DNA from: Candidatus Tenebribacter burtonii
GTDB lineage: Bacteria; Cloacimonadota; Cloacimonadia; Cloacimonadales; TCS61
DNA length: 63,009 bases
Reading direction: 5' to 3'
NCBI GenBank assembly: GCA_030765625.1
Contig: JAVCCF010000089.1
Location: 1 to 63,009, forward strand
Position numbers and translations under genes: made by a program. Positions 55,969 to 63,009 of this stretch are shown piece after piece (position 1 is the first letter of the stretch; each line of letters begins with the position of its first letter). The notes below the pieces were generated by a model. It had not been told where the DNA came from and ran no database searches. It was given only the letters and a program-made list of their open reading frames with translations.

Positions 55969-57277
55969 GACTTCTGAAAATTGTTTTTATAGTTGCACCA
56001 CTAAATTTGAATTCTTCACGGAGTTGATTATTTAAATACCGCTTGTAATGTGTGGTTATGAGTTTAGCATTATTACAGAAGAATACAAATGTTGGTGGTT
56101 GTGTCTTAACCTGTGAACAGTAATATATCATTGAATGTTTCCCGCTGGAATGCGCAGGTGGGAATTTTGCTGTAACTTTCTGTAGGAATTTGTTAAGCTG
56201 ACTTGTCGGGATCCGTTTTTTACTTTCTTCATCAACTTTAAGTAAAAGTTCATAAATCTTATGTGCCCGTTGCCCTGTGAGTGCAGATATAAAAATAACA
56301 GGTGCAAATTCAACAAATTTCAATTCAGATTTTATTTTTTCAATAAACTTTCCAACAGATGAATTATCTTTTTCAATGAGGTCCCACTTGTTATAAATCA
56401 AGATTATCTCTTTATAATTTCTTGCTGCATAAGAAGCTATTCGTTGGTCTTGAGTTGAAATTTTATCACTTGCATCAAGAAGTAATAATACAATATCTGC
56501 ACGGTTAATGCTCTCAATTGTCCGCATAGTACTAAAATATTCCACACCATATTTAATACGTTTTTTACGTCTTAACCCGGCAGTATCTATAAATGTAAAT
56601 TTCTTGTTTTTATAAGTTAAATTAAGATCGATAGAATCACGTGTTGTACCTGGAATATCTGTTACAATATTTCCTTCTTTACCTGATAATCTATTAATTA
56701 ATGATGATTTACCAACATTTGGTTTTCCTACGATAGCAACTTTAATAACATCTTCTTCAACGATTTCCTTTGAAGAAAGTGTATCAATATTTTTTACAAC
56801 TTCATCCAAGAAGTTTCCGGTATTTCTTCCATGAATTGCTGCTATTGGAAATGGATCTCCAAATCCAAGTTGCAGAAAGTCATAAATTTCAAGTTCATCT
56901 TTTTCATTATCTGTTTTATTTGCAACAAGTAAAACCTTATCACGGTGAGGAGATAATATTTTGGCAACTTCCATATCAATTGCAGTTGTACCGGTTTTTG
57001 TATCAACAACAAATAAAATAAAATCTGCTTCTTCAATAGCGATTTCTGCCTGAAATTTAACTGCTTTATCTATACTATTACTTGATTTTGGAATAATCCC
57101 ACCAGTATCGACAACTATAAAATTATGTCCACTCCATTCAGCTTCTTCGTACTTTCGATCTCTAGTTACTCCTTCTTCAAAATCTACTATGGCACTTCGC
57201 TTTCGACATATCCTGTTAAATAAAGTTGATTTCCCAACATTAGCTCTACCGACGATTGCTACAATGCTTTTTATCAT
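55958..57277 (-). CDS. der: Ribosome-associated GTPase Der (EngA)
   Basis: It has two tandem GTPase domains (GRANVGKST and GKPNVGKSS) and a KH-like C-terminus. Confidence 0.92.
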   Translation of the reverse strand: MIKSIVAIVGRANVGKSTLFNRICRKRSAIVDFEEGVTRDRKYEEAEWSGHNFIVVDTGGIIPKSSNSIDKAVKFQAEIAIEEADFILFVVDTKTGTTAIDMEVAKILSPHRDKVLLVANKTDNEKDELEIYDFLQLGFGDPFPIAAIHGRNTGNFLDEVVKNIDTLSSKEIVEEDVIKVAIVGKPNVGKSSLINRLSGKEGNIVTDIPGTTRDSIDLNLTYKNKKFTFIDTAGLRRKKRIKYGVEYFSTMRTIESINRADIVLLLLDASDKISTQDQRIASYAARNYKEIILIYNKWDLIEKDNSSVGKFIEKIKSELKFVEFAPVIFISALTGQRAHKIYELLLKVDEESKKRIPTSQLNKFLQKVTAKFPPAHSSGKHSMIYYCSQVKTQPPTFVFFCNNAKLITTHYKRYLNNQLREEFKFSGATIKTIFRSREK

Positions 57278-57464
57278 AAATAATATTACCTTTTTTATTC
57301 CCTAAATTTAGTGGACAATCTTTGCTCAAAGCTGAATCTGTCAAATTAAATGATGAATCATATTTAATTACATTAATTTAAATCAATTATAAGTTGAAAG
57401 CCCTTGACATAATAGCCAATAATAAATTTTTCAACTACAATAAAATATTAATTTAGGAGGCAAT

Positions 57465-58847
57465 ATGTTAAACAGGAACATCATAGAGAGAGTGGTAGAT
57501 AAAGCACTTTCAAATGGTGCAGATTTTGCTGAGTTGTTTGTCGAGAACACATTCAATTCTACAATTGCATTTAACGACAGCAAAACGAAACAGAATATCG
57601 TTGGTAATGATTACGGTGCTGGCGTAAGAGTTTTTTATGGTCATACAGCAATTTATGCTTTTACAAATGATCTTAGTGAAGAGGCACTTTTAACTGCAGC
57701 CGATGCAGTTAGTAAAGCAGCGAAAAGCAAGAATGTAATTGCTTCTATCGATCTCACGGAAAAAGAGATCACAAATATCCATCCAATTGATATTCCTAAT
57801 AATACAATATCAAAAAAGGACAAAATAGATTTCATCAAAAAAGTAGATGAAGCTTCTCGTGGGTATAGTGATCAAATAAGTCAGGTTGATATTCGGTTTA
57901 TGGAAAAGAACCAGCATGTTATGATAGCGAATAGTGAAGGTTTACTTGTTGAAGACGATAGAAATTATTCTAGAGTTTATGTTTCATCAATCGCTTCTAA
58001 TGGCACAGAGAAGCAAGTTGGCGGAGAAGGACCAGGCAGATTTGCTGGGTATGAATTCTTTAAATCAATTGATCCAGTTAAACTTGGAAAAGATACAGCC
58101 AAAGTCGCTGTGACAATGCTGAATGCGGATTATGTTCCAAGTGGTAAGTATCCGGTTATTATTGATAATGGTTTTGGTGGAGTTATTTTCCACGAAGCAT
58201 GCGGACACTCACTTGAAACAACTGCAATTGCAAAAGGTGCTTCTGTGTTTGTTGGAAAGATGGGTGAGAAAATAGCTTATGAAGGGCTTACTGCAATAGA
58301 TGATGGAACCATACCAAATGAATGGGGAAGTGAGAATATCGATGATGAAGGAATGGCAACAAAAAAGACAATTCTCATAGAAAATGGTATTTTAAAATCT
58401 TATATGGTCGATAAAATGGGAAGCATAAAAACCGGATATGCAAGAACCGGAAGCGGTAGAAGACAATCTTATAGATTCGCTCCTGCCAGTAGAATGAGAA
58501 ATACTTATATTGCCAATGGGAATGATAAATTTAACGATATGATCGCTTCAATTAATGAAGGGATATATGCTGCTAAAATGGGTGGTGGTTCTGTAAGCCC
58601 TGGAACTGGTGATTTTAACTTTGCTGTTGCAGAAGGCTATATGATAAGAAATGGTAAAATTGCAGAACCTGTTCGTGGAGCAACACTTATCGGAAATGGA
58701 GCAGAAGCTTTATTGAAAATTAGCATGATCTCTAATAACATGGCAATGGCTCAGGGGATGTGCGGCTCTGTTAGCGGAAGTATTCCAACGAATGTAGGAC
58801 AACCGGCAATTAAGATCGACGAGATTATCGTTGGTGGAAGAAATTAA
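57465..58847 (+). CDS. tldD: TldD metalloprotease
   Basis: Contains the HEACGH zinc motif and has PmbA_TldD family architecture. Confidence 0.88.
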   Translation: MLNRNIIERVVDKALSNGADFAELFVENTFNSTIAFNDSKTKQNIVGNDYGAGVRVFYGHTAIYAFTNDLSEEALLTAADAVSKAAKSKNVIASIDLTEKEITNIHPIDIPNNTISKKDKIDFIKKVDEASRGYSDQISQVDIRFMEKNQHVMIANSEGLLVEDDRNYSRVYVSSIASNGTEKQVGGEGPGRFAGYEFFKSIDPVKLGKDTAKVAVTMLNADYVPSGKYPVIIDNGFGGVIFHEACGHSLETTAIAKGASVFVGKMGEKIAYEGLTAIDDGTIPNEWGSENIDDEGMATKKTILIENGILKSYMVDKMGSIKTGYARTGSGRRQSYRFAPASRMRNTYIANGNDKFNDMIASINEGIYAAKMGGGSVSPGTGDFNFAVAEGYMIRNGKIAEPVRGATLIGNGAEALLKISMISNNMAMAQGMCGSVSGSIPTNVGQPAIKIDEIIVGGRN

Positions 58848-58861
58848 GGGGAGGAGCAGAT

Positions 58862-60193
58862 ATGTATAAGAAAGAATTCCAAACAATATTTGCTTATGCA
58901 AAAGATAAAACAGACGAGACAGAAATTTTACTATCAGCAGCTAACTCGTTTTCTGTAAAGATAAATGAACAAAATGTAGAATCATTTAATTATGCCGATT
59001 CAAAAGGGATTGGTGTACGGATAGTTAAGGATGGAAAGGTTGGTTATTCTTACACAGAAAAATTTGATGATGAGACCTTTAAATTAATAGTAGATGAAGC
59101 TATCGAAAATGCAAAATATACTGAAGATGATGAAGTTGTTATTATGGAGAATTATCCAGAAATTACTGACAACCCAAATGTATATTCTGAAAGTTTGGAT
59201 AAAGTTGATGTATTGGATAAGATCCAACTTGCACAAGATCTTGAAAAATATGCCAAAGAAGCTGATAAGCGAGTTTTCAATGTTCCTTACGCAGTTTATG
59301 CTGATGGAAAAAGTTATAGCCGAATTGCTAATAGCAAGGGATTAGATAAAGAAGATACCCAAAATTTTGCATATGCTTATGTTGGTGCATTATCAGCAGA
59401 AAAAGACGATAAGCGAATGGGAATAGAATTCCATATAACAAGAAATTTTGGTGAATTCGATCCAAAGAAAATGGCTGAAGAAAGTGTTAAGAAAAGTACT
59501 GATCTTCTGAATGGAAAACCTGCTGAGACTGGGAAGTATGCAGTAGTTTTCAATAATGAAATGATGGCAACAATGCTTGCAACTTTCTCAGGAATCTTCA
59601 ATGCAAAATCTGTTCAGGAAGGGAGATCACTTCTTAAAGGAAAAATAAGACAACAAATTGCTAACGAAAAAGTCACAATCATTGATGATGGCTTACATCC
59701 AAATGGTTTTTCTACTTCTGCTTTTGATAATGAAGGTTACCCAACAGAGAGAACAGTTTTAATTGAGAATGGTGTTCTAAGATCATTTCTTCATAATACA
59801 ATAACTGCAAGAAAAGACGGTGTAAAATCGACAGGTAATGGATCCCGTGGTTACAAAGGTACTCTTGGAATTAGTACATCAAATTTTCTTATAGAAGCAG
59901 GTGAATATAAAGAAGCTGACCTTTTTTTAAAACATAATAAAACAATCGAAATTGTCAGTTTGCAGGGAATGCACTCCGGTGCTAATGCGATTTCAGGTGA
60001 TTTTTCATTAGGTGCTCAAGGTTTCTTATGGGAACACGGTAAACGTAAACATTCTCTCAAGCCGTTTACAGTAAGTGGAAATTTCTTGCAGATGCTAAAT
60101 GGGGTAGAAGCAATTGCAGATAACTTCAAATTTGATATGAGCAGTAACGGTGCATCTTCTATTTTGATTAATGAACTAAATATTAGTGGATAA
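58862..60193 (+). CDS. pmbA: PmbA/TldE protein
   Basis: A paralogous PmbA_TldD family protein with no HExxxH motif, directly downstream of tldD. Confidence 0.85.
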   Translation: MYKKEFQTIFAYAKDKTDETEILLSAANSFSVKINEQNVESFNYADSKGIGVRIVKDGKVGYSYTEKFDDETFKLIVDEAIENAKYTEDDEVVIMENYPEITDNPNVYSESLDKVDVLDKIQLAQDLEKYAKEADKRVFNVPYAVYADGKSYSRIANSKGLDKEDTQNFAYAYVGALSAEKDDKRMGIEFHITRNFGEFDPKKMAEESVKKSTDLLNGKPAETGKYAVVFNNEMMATMLATFSGIFNAKSVQEGRSLLKGKIRQQIANEKVTIIDDGLHPNGFSTSAFDNEGYPTERTVLIENGVLRSFLHNTITARKDGVKSTGNGSRGYKGTLGISTSNFLIEAGEYKEADLFLKHNKTIEIVSLQGMHSGANAISGDFSLGAQGFLWEHGKRKHSLKPFTVSGNFLQMLNGVEAIADNFKFDMSSNGASSILINELNISG

Positions 60194-60215
60194 ATTAATA
60201 ATATATTATAAAAAA

Positions 60216-60240
60216 GGGCAGAGTTTCTCTGCCCTTTTTA
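60216..60240 (+). terminator. Rho-independent terminator after pmbA
   Basis: GGGCAGAG-TTT-CTCTGCCC is flanked by an A-run and a T-run. Confidence 0.85.
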
Positions 60241-60464
60241 TTTATTAATATAATTAAGTTATATTTTATTCTTCTTGATACAAATTGTTAATTTGTCATT
60301 TTCTTTTTATTTTAACTTTTCCTTTTTTAAACTTTATCATATATAGTTATTGTTAATTACTAATTGTAAGAACTGAAAAGTTTTAAAAATTACAATTGTT
60401 AAAAATTAATATTAAGCAGATTATTAATTTAGATTCATAATCTCAGGAGAATTATTACTTACTT

Positions 60465-62384
60465 CTATTTTTTACTTTCTTTTCTTATCAGTGTTTTTTG
60501 TATTCTTTTTACTATTGAATCAACATCTAATTTACAATATTTAAATACATCATCGCTATTGCCGGAAAATGCGTAGTCTTCAACTCCAAATTTCACAAAT
60601 TTGCAATGTAAGCCCATCTGCATCATTTTATCCGCAATGCTGTTTCCAATTCCTGTATTCACATTATGATCCTCATAAGTGAAAACTGTTCCGGTTTTTG
60701 CCGCTTGTTTTAACACATCTTCATCCAGATAACTCGGGCAGGAAATATTCCATACTTGAAGTGAAATTCCCTGTGCTTTTAATTTTTCTGCAATTTTTAA
60801 AGCTTTCCCTGTAAGGGTTCCCATTACAAAAAGTGCAGCAGTTTTCCCATTTCTAAGCAGGTCAGATTTTCCATATTCAAATTTATAATCTTTTCCAAAA
60901 AATATTTCACCCTTTTCTGTTTTTACTAAATCCAATTTGGAACGTCCCATAGGAATGAGAAAGTTTCCATATTTTCCAGAAATATATCGAATAACCCTAT
61001 CAGTTTGATTTGGGTCTGCAGGAATAATAGTTTTAAAGTGATATAGATTTTTTATAACTCCAAAATAATCGATACACTGATGTGTTTTGCCATCTTCACC
61101 AACATCTAAACCAACATGAGTTGTAATTATTTTTAAATTTGTATGATTAATATCGCTCAATCTATGCTGGTTATAAGTTTCATCAACGCCAAAAACGCCG
61201 AAATCCGGGAAGAAAACCTGCAATCTTTCTTTAGACATAGCTGCGCCAACAACAGCCGTGTTATGTTCCATTATCCCACTTTGAATAAAATTCTGTGGTA
61301 AGGCAACTTCAAACTCTTTAGTTTTCACACTTCCCTGCAGATCGCAATCTAAAACAACTATCGGAGCATTCTCATTTTTAGAAGCTATATCAGCAATTGC
61401 ATTTCCCCATGCAGAACGATTATCAGTTTTATCTTCATATATTATTGGTTCTCCAAGATCTAAATCAAAATCAAAATTGGAAGTTTTGTTATTATGGTTG
61501 GGACCGGTAACATTAAATTCGTTTCTGAGCTTTTTGTATTTTTCAATATTATTTTCAAGCCCTAGTTCTTTTAATGCTTCATCAAGTTGTTCTTCTGATA
61601 AGGTAGACCCGTGATATTTTTCTTTATTTTCCATAAATGAAACACCTTTCCCCATGATGGTGTGTCCAATTATCACAGTTGGTTTTTCATTTTGAACAGC
61701 ATCAATAATCGCATCTCTTATCTCGATAAGGTCATGACCGTCTATCTCAATCACATCCCAATCATCTGAGAGATAATTTTCTAAAATATATTGCGGCATG
61801 ACATTATGTATATTTCCGCTGATCTGTAGTTGATTATAATCGATAAAAGCAGTGATATTCAAATTATATTTTACGGCAAATCTTCTTGCTTCGCATAATT
61901 GTCCCTTTTGCTGTTCGCCATCACCCATAAGAACAAAAGTATGATTATCAATATTTTTTAGTTTACTAGCGAGTGCAAAACCGCATCCTGCTGAAAGCCC
62001 CTGACCCAAATTTCCACTTGCCCATTCAATGCCAGGTACATCCGGCTCAACGTGACCTTCATAAATACTACCGGCTAATCTGAATTGGGAGATTGCATCA
62101 TCAATATTGAAAAATCCGCAAGATGCAAGAGTGGAATATGCGGCTGGAGAAGTATGTCCGTGACTAATTATCACTCGATCCCGTGAATCCATTTTTGGAT
62201 TTTTTGGATCAACGTTTATCATATTATATAATGTTAGCATAAAATCAATCGTAGACATAGAGCCACCGGGGTGTCCTGATTTTGCTAATGATGTCATTTT
62301 AATAATGGAACCGCGTGCTTCATTTGCCAATATTTGTATTTCTTTCAATTGTTTAATAGAGAGTTGAGCTTTTTCTATATCCAT
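60465..62384 (-). CDS. tkt: Transketolase
   Basis: Contains the TPP motifs GHPGGSMS and GDGEQQKG, with pyrimidine-binding and C-terminal domains, at 639 aa. Confidence 0.9.
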   Translation of the reverse strand: MDIEKAQLSIKQLKEIQILANEARGSIIKMTSLAKSGHPGGSMSTIDFMLTLYNMINVDPKNPKMDSRDRVIISHGHTSPAAYSTLASCGFFNIDDAISQFRLAGSIYEGHVEPDVPGIEWASGNLGQGLSAGCGFALASKLKNIDNHTFVLMGDGEQQKGQLCEARRFAVKYNLNITAFIDYNQLQISGNIHNVMPQYILENYLSDDWDVIEIDGHDLIEIRDAIIDAVQNEKPTVIIGHTIMGKGVSFMENKEKYHGSTLSEEQLDEALKELGLENNIEKYKKLRNEFNVTGPNHNNKTSNFDFDLDLGEPIIYEDKTDNRSAWGNAIADIASKNENAPIVVLDCDLQGSVKTKEFEVALPQNFIQSGIMEHNTAVVGAAMSKERLQVFFPDFGVFGVDETYNQHRLSDINHTNLKIITTHVGLDVGEDGKTHQCIDYFGVIKNLYHFKTIIPADPNQTDRVIRYISGKYGNFLIPMGRSKLDLVKTEKGEIFFGKDYKFEYGKSDLLRNGKTAALFVMGTLTGKALKIAEKLKAQGISLQVWNISCPSYLDEDVLKQAAKTGTVFTYEDHNVNTGIGNSIADKMMQMGLHCKFVKFGVEDYAFSGNSDDVFKYCKLDVDSIVKRIQKTLIRKESKK

Positions 62385-62524
62385 ACTTCCTCCAGAAAAT
62401 ATTTATCGTAACTTTATTTTCATTTTGCGAACTCCAATTTTTTTATTTATTTTTTTTGATTTGTTATATATAGGTCAACTGTAAAATTTAATTGTTAACT
62501 ACAAAATCGAAGCTTGAATTAACA

Positions 62525-63009
62525 TTAGTCAGAAATTTCTATCATATCCTTAATGTTAGTGTATATACCCTCTCCAATTCCTTTCACTTTCATAATGTCT
62601 TTTGTATTATTAAAATTTCCTGCCTCGTTCCTATAATTAATTATTTTCTGTGCTCTCTTTTCACCGATACTCGGTAATGAAATTAGTTCAGTTAGAGATG
62701 CAGTATTGATATTTATTTTCCCAGAAAATTCTTTTAAACTATCGGGAATGAAAGCAATTATTTCTGTAGAATCTCCAATCGTTTCGATATAAGGAAGTAT
62801 CTTTTCAAATGTTTTTTTACCAATTCCTTTTACTTTAGTAAGTTCTTTTAATGATTTAAATCCTCCGATATTTTCTCTATAATTCATAATTGCCTTAGCT
62901 TTTATTTGACCAATTCCAGGAAGTTTTATCAATTTCTCGATATCAGCATTGTTAATATTAATCTTTGTGATCACTTCTTGTTCTGTTGGTTCTGTAATTT
63001 TTTGAAATA
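62525..63009 (-). CDS. ComEA-like protein with two helix-hairpin-helix modules (possibly 5'-truncated by the window edge)
   Basis: The unit INTAS...L..LPGIG.K.A..II.YR...G.F....DL..VKGIG occurs twice. The frame stays open upstream of the track start (GTG 62974) to the end of the window. Confidence 0.7.
   Translation of the reverse strand, partial: FQKITEPTEQEVITKININNADIEKLIKLPGIGQIKAKAIMNYRENIGGFKSLKELTKVKGIGKKTFEKILPYIETIGDSTEIIAFIPDSLKEFSGKININTASLTELISLPSIGEKRAQKIINYRNEAGNFNNTKDIMKVKGIGEGIYTNIKDMIEISD

Noticed and set aside
1-63009. I looked for tRNA, rRNA, tmRNA or known riboswitches in the intergenic gaps.
   Set aside because: A visual scan of every gap over 60 nt showed no cloverleaf-compatible T-arm (GTTCGAATC-like) and no rRNA-like stretches. 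None of the leaders matches a riboswitch consensus I can recall. This is not a substitute for tRNAscan or Rfam scans.

Overview
This is an AT-rich bacterial chromosomal window with about 60 tightly packed genes. All product calls come from motif recognition in the supplied translations; no searches were run. T9SS-type C-terminal sorting domains, a Bat/MoxR operon and ferredoxin-dependent 2-oxoacid oxidation suggest an anaerobic diderm of the FCB-related or Cloacimonadota-like type. That taxonomic placement is inference only.

The + strand block (474-31351) carries:
- two phosphofructokinase paralogues and hflX
- two PLP aminotransferases
- asd, lysC and thrC, plus an ApgM-like enzyme
- a four-subunit 2-oxoacid:ferredoxin oxidoreductase
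- a three-lipoprotein cluster (LpoB-like, TPR lipoprotein, LPP20-like)
- yjbQ

An apparent accessory segment on the - strand (31432-37548) carries a T9SS cadherin-like repeat protein, two Gly/Tyr-rich fibre-like paralogues and a nonsense-disrupted M23 peptidase gene. One of the fibre paralogues ends in a phage tail-spike-type (S74) chaperone domain.

A roughly 20 kb co-directional - strand block follows (37654-57277). It runs from der through plsY, purF, folB/folK and argS to a complete moxR-DUF58-batABCDE operon with an extra DUF4139 gene. The window ends with tldD/pmbA, tkt and a ComEA-like gene cut by the edge.

No tRNA, rRNA, CRISPR array, transposase or integrase was seen.

The strongest lead is an ORF absent from the track (8772-8957). 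It has an in-frame UGA at a position I recall as a conserved Cys, followed by a hairpin with a GGUC loop at fdhF-like spacing, so it is a candidate new selenoprotein.

Other leads:
- several dispersed palindromic intergenic repeat families
- a recurring CTTGCGAATGGT motif inside a structured leader
- a GC-rich perfect palindrome inside the fibre operon
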